Part shown: in pieces, positions 1-10,881 of the stretch
Position numbering within the stretch: the first letter of the stretch is position 1
Layout of the letters: each line of letters opens with the position of its first letter
Assembly (NCBI GenBank): GCA_020536535.1
Contig: JAHLWZ010000848.1
Coordinates: 11,994 to 75,993 of the forward strand
Direction of reading: 5' to 3'
Source of the DNA: Pelomyxa schiedti
Lineage: Eukaryota; Protista; Evosea
DNA: 64,000 nucleotides
The notes under the pieces: generated by a model
The model's database searches: none
Seen by the model: only the letters and a program-made list of their open reading frames with translations
What the model was told of the DNA's origin: nothing
Made by a program: the position numbers and the translations under genes

Positions 1-3000
1 ACCGGGGCGCAGCAGCAGGTGGCCACCAAGAGTTTCGGTGGGCTGATTTCGTGCCTGTAGTGGGAAGCTGCGATGCAGCCGCGGCAGTAATTACGGGAGG
101 AGGAGGGGCCGTCGCATGTGATGCATGAGTGGAATTGGTTAAAGTGGTAGCAGGCGAAACAGAGGGTATCAGGATCATGGGATTGGCATATCTTCCCTCC
201 TGCGGAGTTTGGGGGAGCCGGCGCTCCAAATTTGGGCGGGCTTGGGGTGCTGTATCGAAGTAGTTTCGTGTAAACATCAATATAGAGCTTGTGTGCCTTG
301 CTATACATTGAAAATGATTCCAAAATTGGCAATTTGTCAAGTTGTGATTGGGCACTTTGGGCAGAAGGAGTGTCATGCACAGACTTCTTTAGAAGATACA
401 AAAGAGGTTCTACAGTATTTGGGTTACACGTCTTCATCTTTGTGATAATTTTTCCAACGTTACAAAAGGAGTTGATAGCCTCACAACCAAATGGAGTGCT
501 GGAGATGAAACAGAGTGTCTTCAGCGCTGAGGAGCATAATTTTGCTTGGGATGGGCAGAGTGCTCCAAAGCAAAAGGAAACAAATTCACGTCGCACCAGT
601 TCTACAACATTGCAAACCAGATAGCTGGGATGCAATTGTGCGACGACACGGAAGGCCCACTTACACCACCTGGCATTTCGAGAGAGTTTGCCCTCTTTGC
701 TGAGTATACTGGCAATGATCTCGATTGATGGATTTACGGCTTTGACCTGTTCCAGGGATAAACTGTGGTGCAAGGTCTTCAATGCTAAAATTTGCACTTT
801 AAATAAGCCTGGATATTTCTTCATCACGAGGAGAACATCTTCCCAGAGGGTGCCTGAAGAAGAGCCTAAGAAGTAGCAGGCAATTCCCCTCCAGACTGCA
901 TTAAAGGAGACTCGCTGAAGGTAGGAGAACTGTTCTAATAATACTTGAATGTAACCCAAAAAGGTTTCTCTGGGGATATTGTGCGGCTGAAGATAATTGA
1001 AGGTACGAACTAGCATTTCCAAGGCTTCTTGCTGTATCTGCTTTTCTTTTTTTTTAATATTTTCTGCCAGATGTGGAAGCATATCTATTATACCCAATTT
1101 CAATGCCTCTTCAAGCCCAGATTTAAATTTGATTAACTGTAGAAGAGATCTCCATGTACTCTGTGAGATATACCCGTCAACACTCAGGACGAATTCAAGA
1201 AGGAGTTCGACTAATGGAAGTGGTATGGAAAGGGAATTTCTGCAATCTTTGCTCAGAGAAGTAGTCATCATATCTACTAAATCAGCTGCCGTCTTGGAGA
1301 AGGAGTGACGTGGGAAGAGTTCTGGGATGTTTTGCATGACAGGCAGAAAAGAAGATGACTCTGATTTTGATAACAATAACATATGTTCATAAGCCCTGTG
1401 GGAAAGTATGCTAAATTCGCCTGATAACATTGCAGTGATCACTGGTTGTAGTTCACTCGGCACATAGGTACTCTGCTCGGATGTTATGAAGGCTGCAAGT
1501 GTACGCCATAGATAATACACTTCACTTGTAGTTGGAGTAGACCCTAACATTTCTATTGCTGTAATAACTACAGGCTTCATTTTAGAGGCAACAATATCCT
1601 TCATGAGGTTGTCCTGGACAAGTCTCAGCACAGCTTTACATCCAGTGACTATGCTTTTTGAATCCACCAGCACTGCTACAAGGATATCTAGAGCACCCAT
1701 GTCCACCAGGTGTGGCACACTTAAAACAGCCATGCACTCTATAAATGTACACACTTCAGAGTGAGAAAACGGGTTGCACTGGCGATATAGAGAGAAGAAA
1801 GCTTCAGAAATCCAGGATATGTCCTGGAGAGCTGCAGCCGATTCTCCAATGTAGCAAATAGTATGTGATACCACCTTGACTGCATAACCTGGCAGTTTCG
1901 GCAAAGCTGTGGATGTGCTCCTTAGGAATCCAACAAGATCATGCAGAATTTTAACTGCCTCGTTAACTTCTAGATGACATTCAGAGACATGGGCAATCAC
2001 TTCCCACGCGGTGTCACTTATTGTCCTCAATGAAAGCATAGTGTCCAAAACAGCTCGATGTGATTCAAACCTTGGGTAGTTCACTAATGCAAGTAGAACA
2101 GATAAGGCAAAATGTTGAAAAGCCCCCATTCTGTATATAGCTTTAAGGACTGCTTGAACCGCTGGGTAAATTGTGGAGAATTGGCGATGGGGAGCTCTGA
2201 GAAGTACAAGCATTATTTGGCAGCAAACTATTTGCACATCAACATTGTATGGGTGAGAATTCAGTACTACTACGACAACTTCCATAAAGCCACCAGAGAG
2301 ATATGATCGGAGTACCTCAAATCCTTTGGAGCGCCGAAGGAGCGCATGCAGGGCAACACAAAGATTGGGTGAAATTATACATGTTTTGGGTGTGCTGCTT
2401 AGGTTACAGTCGCAGTAACAGTGGCGCTTCAAACATTGCAAAGCTGGGGGAAAAAGTATGTTACTGTCGCCAGTGGCTAAAGCATCTGTGGTGAAGGTAT
2501 TTGTTATCAGTGCCAGCTTCTCAGTGAGTCTTAATGGTAAGTCTATCTTCAAAAGGGTTGCGGCCCACTCCACGTCCCAAGTGCGAGTCCAGCGAAGTTG
2601 CTGCCTACAATTAACCTGCAACAGCCTGCATACCGCGTTGGCTAGTTCTGGCCCCCCCTGCTCTCTTTGCCAGTCAGACCAAGAACTGAAGTCCCGAATC
2701 TTTCTGTCAACCTCGAACAGGAGGTCCTTCGTGGTGGCACCCACCTTGCGCAACGAGGCCCAGACCTCGCAGGATACAGCCATTATGTGCAGCGAGACTG
2801 ATCCCCATCGGGAAAGCACAGCTTCAACTGCCGCTTCGACCTCCATCGTAGTGTATCGGCACAGACTAACCTGGGCAGCATGTGCCTCGAGAACCAAAAG
2901 ACTGAGGCACTGCCCTGCAGGCACAATCACGCTCGGGGCGGGTGCGGTCTTGTATGCCCTGAACGCCCTCACCACCCAGGGGAGCATTCCCCATAATCTG

Positions 3001-3506
3001 TAGATCACGCCCTTGTCGGCGTCGTACGTCTGGCCCTCGCCCTCGCCGTAGCCCTCGCACTTGAGGGTGACCGTGCATGGCGGCGAGGGCTGAGGCGAGG
3101 GAGCAAACGACGAACGGAGCTTACGGCGGGCGCGGAGCAGGGAAAGCATGGAGTGGAGGGCCGAGAGCGAGGAGCTCAGGCGCAGGCGGTCGATTTCGTG
3201 GAGGTCGAGCTGCCGGGCTCGCCTGCCGTTGCACCCGCCGACGGTCTTGTCTACCAGGGCGATCCAGCGGGCCCAGGGCACCGCGGCCAGCCGCGGGGGG
3301 CCGCGGGCAGGCGGGCCCGGGGAGGCGGAGGCGGCCCTGGGCTCCGGCACTGGCCCGCGGAGGAGAGGGAGGGCGCAGGTGGCCTGGATGGACTGGTACT
3401 CGCCGATGAGGTCCTTGGTCGCCTGCAAGGCCCCGTCCACATTGCAGGCCGTTGTCGACGAAACCACCGACTCAACGTAGTTTTTGTGTGGCTCCCGATC
3501 AGACAT
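1..3506 (-). CDS. Large helical-repeat-like protein with C-terminal UBR-box-like zinc finger (partial; runs off left edge)
   Basis: Hand translation from ATG 3506 (MSDREPHKNYVESVV) is in the same frame as the left end (…FHSCITCDGPSSSRNYCRGCIAASHYRHEISPPKLLVATCCCAP), giving >1160 aa of Leu/Val-rich sequence. The track shows no stop-terminated ORF in this frame. CxxC…CxxC…HxxH…CxC spacing resembles a UBR-type zinc finger. Confidence 0.75.
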   Translation of the reverse strand, partial: MSDREPHKNYVESVVSSTTACNVDGALQATKDLIGEYQSIQATCALPLLRGPVPEPRAASASPGPPARGPPRLAAVPWARWIALVDKTVGGCNGRRARQLDLHEIDRLRLSSSLSALHSMLSLLRARRKLRSSFAPSPQPSPPCTVTLKCEGYGEGEGQTYDADKGVIYRLWGMLPWVVRAFRAYKTAPAPSVIVPAGQCLSLLVLEAHAAQVSLCRYTTMEVEAAVEAVLSRWGSVSLHIMAVSCEVWASLRKVGATTKDLLFEVDRKIRDFSSWSDWQREQGGPELANAVCRLLQVNCRQQLRWTRTWDVEWAATLLKIDLPLRLTEKLALITNTFTTDALATGDSNILFPPALQCLKRHCYCDCNLSSTPKTCIISPNLCVALHALLRRSKGFEVLRSYLSGGFMEVVVVVLNSHPYNVDVQIVCCQIMLVLLRAPHRQFSTIYPAVQAVLKAIYRMGAFQHFALSVLLALVNYPRFESHRAVLDTMLSLRTISDTAWEVIAHVSECHLEVNEAVKILHDLVGFLRSTSTALPKLPGYAVKVVSHTICYIGESAAALQDISWISEAFFSLYRQCNPFSHSEVCTFIECMAVLSVPHLVDMGALDILVAVLVDSKSIVTGCKAVLRLVQDNLMKDIVASKMKPVVITAIEMLGSTPTTSEVYYLWRTLAAFITSEQSTYVPSELQPVITAMLSGEFSILSHRAYEHMLLLSKSESSSFLPVMQNIPELFPRHSFSKTAADLVDMMTTSLSKDCRNSLSIPLPLVELLLEFVLSVDGYISQSTWRSLLQLIKFKSGLEEALKLGIIDMLPHLAENIKKKEKQIQQEALEMLVRTFNYLQPHNIPRETFLGYIQVLLEQFSYLQRVSFNAVWRGIACYFLGSSSGTLWEDVLLVMKKYPGLFKVQILALKTLHHSLSLEQVKAVNPSIEIIASILSKEGKLSRNARWCKWAFRVVAQLHPSYLVCNVVELVRREFVSFCFGALCPSQAKLCSSALKTLCFISSTPFGCEAINSFCNVGKIITKMKTCNPNTVEPLLYLLKKSVHDTPSAQSAQSQLDKLPILESFSMYSKAHKLYIDVYTKLLRYSTPSPPKFGAPAPPNSAGGKICQSHDPDTLCFACYHFNQFHSCITCDGPSSSRNYCRGCIAASHYRHEISPPKLLVATCCCAP

Positions 3507-3724
3507 TCTCCCAAATGGTTGTAGTAGTACGAATTTTGCACCCCACAACTGCCTCTGCTATCCCCCGAAGATGTGCTCCAGTCTGATGGGAGGGCCAATG
3601 ATTTTAGGTGCCTACCTATAATAGGGCCAAGTTTCCCATTTATGCTGTTATTCTCGGATCTTGCCAATAGAAATAGATTTGAAAGATAAACAGACAATTC
3701 GACACTACACAACGAACCACAGAC

Positions 3725-6700
3725 CTAGGAATTCGCAGCGGCAGCTGTTTCCGGTGCCTTCTCCTCGACGTCTGTTTGGCGTGTGAAACAGAGGGGGCAG
3801 TTCAATCGGCGCTTCGTTCCGGCAATAAGAGGAGCAAAACGGTTGCGTGGCTCGGGCTTATTTGCACCCTCGGCTGGCTTAGCGGGTGCTGTTGGTTCTG
3901 CTGCTTGTTCTTCTTGTGCTTTTGCGGCGGCTTGTGCGGCTACTTGTTGCTGTGGTGAAAGAAATGTGTGAGTGTTGCGGAGTGGATGTGTCTATCGACA
4001 ATACCATGCACTTCAAATGAGCGGCATGACCACAGTAGAAAAATATACAGTTCTCAGTCGTCCTGGGTTGCATGACTTCGGCGGAACATCCCAGGCATTT
4101 CACTTTCATATTCATTCTAAACCCACGGATCAGGCTGGTAAAAAGCTTGCGGAATAGTTTGACATTGTCGGACTTGAGCAAGGCATTGCCACTAACCCGC
4201 ACAAATTCCTACGGTACATGGTGTTACTCCCATAAAGCTTTCCCAATAAAGAATAGAATACTTCAGTACTGTGTTCAGTCAAAAGTTGAATTAGACTGGA
4301 TTGAATTCCTTTCGGTATCATGTCTTGTGGGAGACTGTTTTCCAAAGGGACAGTTGAGTACAAAAACGGAAGATAAACGCTTACTTCATCAGCAGTTTTC
4401 TGGGATTCACATGTGCGCCACCCATATTCTTCAGAAGAATATTTATATAATTATACTCTGGAGGCGCCATGATAGCATGTTTAATAAGATCATCCCACAG
4501 CTGTGGGTCCTTCTGTTCCTTGACGAAACGTAGTGCCTAGGGAGGGGTGGTGGCAAACTCAAAACATTAAGGGACGTACATGCGTGATATCAGAAAGCTC
4601 CGTCATATAGATATGCAGGGCCTTATTAATAGCGCCTGACTTGGTGTAGATGAAGGCTTGCTCCTTGTGTAGTTTATAGTGACAGCAGACTTCGGCACCT
4701 AACAACTCGTTAGAAAACAGGAGAAGAGTACGAACAGTACATGCATCTGCCGGATATGAGTTACTGGCACGTAGAAATCTTATCAAAGAATGTCTTCCAT
4801 ATTCTTTCTTTGGCGTAGGCACTTGGGAAGTGTCATCGACATTTATTGTTACAGGTGAGGTGGTTGAAGTTGCTGTGGTGGTGGTTGCAGATACAGCTGC
4901 ATCTGTGGAAGCCGGTGTGGCTGTAGAGGTGGATGTGGCTGCGGCTGTGGCTGGGTCTGCAGCTGTGGCTGTGGCCTCGTCAGGAGTTGTAGAAAGGACT
5001 GTGGATGTGGGTGCAGCTGTGGTTAATGCAGCCGTGTCTGTGGTTATTATCACTGCAGTGGAAGTTTTATCTGGGGCTTCTGTTGTGGTAACCGCCTCCA
5101 ACGGCGTTGGTGCAGCTGGAACTCCGGCCGCCGGAGAGGAGTTGGTAGATGAGTCAGCAGTGGCAGAACTTTGTTCTGCCGGTAGAGAAACGGTTTCTGA
5201 CGTCTCCACAGTGCCATTTCTGTCTGCTGGAATGGTGGCCTTTTCTTGTGTGTCGGTGGATTTTTCAGGTGCTGAATCTGTCGGGATGATCGCTGGTTCG
5301 GAGGTCTTCTCGGGAGTGAGATGAGGCCCCTTTTCTGCTTCTGCACCACCATTCGTAACAGGTTGTGGAGGTTCCATGGGTGTAAGTGCCTCTGAAATAG
5401 AGCTACTTGTCCCTGTAGCTGATAGAATATCTTCAGTGGAAATGACTGTAGTTTCTTGTGTGGAAGAATCAGTGGAAAGCATTGAAGTTGCAGCCGAAAC
5501 AGCTGTCGAACTAGCACCACTGAGAATAGAGGCAAAAGAGTCCATTAAATTATCAGACTTCTTCAAATTGGTTTCAGGTGTCACAGCTGACGCAGAAGTG
5601 AGAGTAGTCGATTCAGGTTTTTCGACATGTTCTCCTTCAACAGGGGGGGAATCTGGGAGTTCAGGGCTGGAGTTTTCACTTGCAACCGTGTCAGTTGGAG
5701 GAGGTGGAAGGGCTTCCTGAGGGGGGTAGTTTTCTGAAATGTACTGGGCATACATCTCCACTTGGAGTTTGCTCATTTCAGGGCCAAGATCATAAGTTGA
5801 GCCATATCTTACAAAGAGTTTGTGCATGTATTTGAGCAAGTGAGGACGAAATTCCTCATTGTTTAATTGGGTCACAACTTGATGGGGCTTATTGAAGTGT
5901 TATTCGTAAAATGAGCACTAAAAATTACATTAATTTTGTCTGCATGCTTAATGAGCATCCTCAATGCTTTTTCAGGATTGATGCTCAGTAAAGCTGCTAT
6001 TTGGGTTTCCACAGATTTGAAAAGCTTGTACTTCTTTATGTGGCGAAAAATTGGGCCTTGTCCAGCTTTTAGAAAAACGAGAAGGGCTTTGTCATGCTCG
6101 TTGGTTTTGGAATAGCTTTATGTATTGGAAATGGAATTAGTCAGAATTTCTTTTCTAGAGCTGTGAATGATACATTTCAGCTAGTGCTTGAAGTAGAACT
6201 TTAGAGTTTGGGGTGGCTTCTAAACCTCTGCAGCAGTATATTAATAAAATAACTTTGTGGAACAGCTCACTTGTTGATAACTTCCATGATTGTTGGAATA
6301 TTGTAGACAGTATGTGGCCACTTTTTAATGGCACTCAAAAATGTTGGAAACTCCGAATCTGCAAACGCATCAGACACCGTTCACACCAATGATACTATTT
6401 CATACTGGAAACTAGTGAAGTTAAAACCAGTTCATAGTAAATTGAGTCCAACACGGGATTTTCAGTTGGAATGTATCGGGCGAGATCCTATTTTCAAATT
6501 ATTTGGAACTAATATCATCCTTCCAACCTGCAATGCACCAAGTTCCTCAAAGCGCTGAGTCCATTTCTCCCAAGCAGCTTTATCTTGCCGGAGAATAAGA
6601 GGGCACATGGACGCAGCTCGCTTTAATTTATTACTCTCTTTGACAGTTAGAGGTTGTAGATAAGACATTTCGCACCTATGAGTTTGGACATGTACAAGTC

Positions 6701-9041
6701 CCCGACATCACTCAGCTTCCATTTTGTAACCTGATTCTCATTAACATCGATATCCCTAAGTGCCTCATAGAACCTGACAAAGAAAGGAGGGTTAAGAAGA
6801 AAAAGTTATGTGTTGCTCCGCACCTATGTGCACGCAGAAGGTAGTCAATATGGTCGTCATTGTCACATTTTCCAGCAATAAGAATCTCGTTTGGGGTGAC
6901 AACATAAAATGTCGGAGTTGGAATCAATATGAAATCAAACAGTACGTAATCTGCCTATTATAGAGCAAGTTTATTTCTTATACTTTCCCTCATGTTGCAC
7001 CTTCAGTGTGTCTACAGCACTCACAGGAAGGGCATCTGCACTGAGTTCTTCTCCTCTTCTATTGATCACGCATAGTAATGGATACGGGTTGTCATTGTCT
7101 ATGGCGCGGATAGTAATAAAGAAGTTTCCAAATGGGGCAATTGCTTGAGCCACGTTAGTTGTAAAACACCTGTTATTGATAAATAAACAGTTAAGAGTTC
7201 ATGTAACTGCAAGCTACATTGACGCTTCATGGTGTCCTTTTTTATCCTATAAAATGATAAGAGACATTGAGGTTACTTTTACCTCACCAATTTAATCTTC
7301 ATCACCGTTCGATCATAGTTAACAATAAGAGCCGAGTTAGTCTCCCAAGAGAGGCAGCATATGGTACAAGGAGACGGGAAAACTTGCTTGAAGGTTGCCA
7401 AATTCGTCTGAGTGTTAAAAACTACAACTTTATTTGTTGTAGCATACGCAATGTACTTTCTGTAAAGCCATTTAAAAAGCATTTCTTCTGAATAAAGAGT
7501 ACCCTTTCCATTTTAGGGCTAAGACATTATCTGGAGATTCTGAAAGAACTTTATCAACAGTGCGTTGCATTCCCATCACTGTTCGAATTTCACGAAGGAC
7601 CACAGAATTTGCAGTTGCAAAGCAAATCTTTTTGCACAGTCATATACATTATTTTAGTTGTCTAGTACCTTTTTCGTGTCCTGGCCAAATTTACGAGAGG
7701 AAAACTTTGGGTGGAGTGCAACAAAAGATACTGGCTTGTGTGCATCAAAGTTCATTGTGCTTATGTTAGGTGGTTCCCCAGCAGACACAATAATATTTCC
7801 TTAATGATGTGACTGGACACAAGTTTTGGGCAGGAAAACCATCACTATAGCAGCTAGCAACGGCATTGCCAGAAATTTCGGTACTCACATAATTTACTGG
7901 GTGGGGATTTGGGCTAAAATTAGATTAGTGAAACCATGGTTTTAGTGAGGGAAAAGAAAAGGGAAAAACTTGTAAAATTTCAAAATGGCTCCACTGAGAG
8001 GGTGCATGTGTGCAATTGTCCCATCAGTACAACCCATGATCTTTAAGCATTGAATAAAAGAAAAAAATGGATGAAAGATAATTTGGCAGGAAGTATACCA
8101 AAAAATCTCTATGACAAACAATACATGAAGGGCGAGGGTGCTGAAGGAGGAATGTTGGTACAGCTCCTGCTCCTTCCTGAAAGTGTGGGTTATTGGAGCA
8201 TTTAGAAGTGATATTTTATAAATCTCACTTGCCATTCTCTTGTATTTCAATTGTGGTTCCTCTTTGCCTTCAATTTCCTCCTCCAAGTCCGATTCTAATT
8301 CAACTGGACTATTTGTAAAAAAACAAAAGTGTGGCCCTATGAGAAGAAACCAGGATCGAAGTGAACTTCTTCTTCTGCTGCATCATCTTCATCTTCATTT
8401 TCATCCTCGTCAACCTCTTCCTCTGATTCAGACCCATCTTCATCACTCTTCTTGACTTTTTGACGGGTCTCCTTTACCATGGCTGCTTTCTTTGCTTTTG
8501 CCTGAGCCAGTAAATAAGAGAAAATAAGTAGTGGAATGATGGAACGAAGCGAACGCACTAGCTCCTTTGGGTCGCCGGTAAAAGTAGACTTTGGTGGCAG
8601 GGTCAAAACATCGTCTTCTCCCAGGATGCCGACAGTGATATTACTGGTCAATTTCGTCAGTGGCATCAAGCGCTTGTCCAACGCAAGCCGCTGCTCATTG
8701 ACAGACCCAAGAAGCTTTCTTCCCAAGCTGAGTGTCGATGAAATTGACACCCCGGTGGCGCTGCCGTTGTCGTCGTACCCAAAAAAGCTAAACCCAAATC
8801 CTGACGATTTGGTGGACCCGCCCTTGCCGTCGATAACTATTGGAGGCAGCGTAGAGCTCGAAGCGGCCAGGAAGTTCTCGAGAGACTCCGAATCTCCCGT
8901 AGGCGCCTCGGGAGGCGAGGCCGCGGACTCGGCCGACGATGGCGCGCTGGGCGCAGGGGTGTCGATGACAATAGAAGGAAGCGTGAGAGCACTAGATCCG
9001 AGGAGATCTTCGAGCGAGCCTGTCTCTGGTGCCCCAGCCAT
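3725..9041 (-). CDS. VPS41: Vacuolar protein sorting 41 (HOPS subunit), multi-exon
   Basis: EEEIEGKEEPQLKYKRM N-terminal motif; beta-propeller exons; FYVVTPNEILIAGKCDNDDHIDYLL; IKKWPHTVYN; clathrin repeat (LLKYMHKLF…QVEMYAQY / GRHSLIRFLRAS); C-terminal RING-H2 (CLGC…CGHAAHLKC…CPLC); stop at 3725-3727. Confidence 0.92.
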
Positions 9042-9243
9042 TTTCCGCCACGAAGAACCAAACAAGAAATCGTTTGGTAAAAACTGGTTGTTTATCTGTT
9101 CACTTCAGCGAAATCCACTGCACTCACACACCGAAAGTCACTTTGAGTTCTGAACGGTGCTTGAGAGTTTCTCTACGTCGCAGTGTGTTCGTGAGCCTTA
9201 GAGAGTTGGCTCGATGCCCCAGTTCCGAAACTGCGTGGGAAAG

Positions 9244-10657
9244 ATGAAACCGAATTCTCCGAAACATCAGAGCAATAACAATACGATGGAGCATGAGGAG
9301 GGTATTAATAAAGGGGCGGAGAACGGGACCGTAGGGGGCACAGGAGAGCCGAGTAACACGAGCACAGATCTAAGGGAAGAATGTGCACCATCACCTAAAC
9401 GGAGGCGTGCGGGACCACTTGTCCAGTCTCCGTCATTGGGGGTTTGTCTTTTTTTTTTTTTTTTTTTTTGGTTTGTTTTAATGACATATTCGTCATACAA
9501 AGTAGGGAGGTGAAGCTGAAGGAAACAAGGATATACTAGTTCAACGCGCCGTAAAAATTCATGAGACGGCAATTTCACACAAAATAGGGGAAGTTCTGGC
9601 AGTATGTCCAAGTACTTCTTTGTGCCAAGCATAAACCAACAAAAAAAGATGAAATGGTTCAACTCTTATTATCTTCCTAGATTGCTGATACTGCCAAGAA
9701 TGACGCAACAACGTATTTTAAGTCCCTTCATCTTATTCTCGATAGATTACACACCAACGCACTCGAGGAAATAGAAAAAAACAAAGCGGTAGCAAATTTC
9801 TATAAAGAGGTGATAGGCCTTACTATCTTCAGGAGGCATTGCAACAACTTTTCAACCCCTGTAAAGCTGTGGCATTATGCCAATCAAAGCAACAAGTACG
9901 GTGCCACACTTAGGACTGCATTCCTGTTCAAATTAACCCTACAAGTTCCTTCTCCCTTTGCTCTAGTTTGCCCCCGTCTTCCCTGTAAATAGATTTGAGT
10001 TACTCTTGAAACACTATCTTGGTAGTACGGCTGTTGTAGGTACTTATTTCGCATTTCTTATTCTTCTTACGTATGAGTAGGAACACCATTCACTGCCTTA
10101 ACACCGCTTCTTCCTTTAGTTGTACACCATTTACGGTCACCAGACGACCTTAGAGCATGCCGGAATACATGTCTGGCACTGCGCGACGCTGTAGATGAAG
10201 GTACAGACCAGGCACTTTCACTTTCTAAACTCTAACCTCCGGAGCAGTGTGCCAGCCAACAATCGAAGAGCTAAGTGATAACGTAAGGATACTCACGATA
10301 CCAGGAGTGTCATGGCATTGTTCTTCAAGCAAGTGGGAGGAGTACGAGCTCCAAAGCGCGTGGATAGCCGCAATCCACTTCCACTTCGACTTTGTGGGGC
10401 TTCTGTTCCGCCCGTCTACGCTGGACACCGCCAAGTCGGCCACTGTGATGAGCGCCACACTCGTAAGCAGCAGCGGCGCCGCTCTGTCTGACACTGTGAC
10501 ATCGGTTCTGCCGCCGACGGAGGCAGAGCGAGTCTACAGTGACAACCTGGTCTGGGGGTGGGACAAGTTCGTGACACTCGACCAGTACGACGAAGTACTC
10601 ACAGAGAACGCCATGCACATCCGCGTGGAGGTAAACACAAGGCCCTCTGGCTCCTGA
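9244..10657 (+). CDS. F-box-like + MATH/TRAF-domain protein
   Basis: Exon 10081-10200 reads LLPLVVHHLRSPDDLRACRNTCLALRDAVDE (F-box-like). The last exon ends WGWDKFVTLDQY…MHIRVEV (MATH signature). Start codon uncertain (9244 or 9285). Confidence 0.7.
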
Positions 10658-10881
10658 TGTACTTGTCACACGACAACACCTAAACAAGATCAGATTTTGA
10701 TTTCAAAATCCAAAAAGGAAGTGGCTACATTGTGTGTTCAATTCTGTGTTCGCCTAATCCCACTTTTTTTTTTTTGTTCTCTCTTTTCCACACACGAAGT
10801 CAGTTGGCTACTGAAGCGACGCGTAAACCAAACACTAGGCACATAAACAGCACAAATAGAAAAGAGGATATACGTGAGAGA

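Noticed and set aside
4830-5720. Long plus-strand Val/Ala-rich ORFs (also 8536-9153, 37087-37386, 55340-55672, and minus-strand 51790-52260)
   Set aside because: Antisense shadows of low-complexity or GC-rich exons on the other strand.
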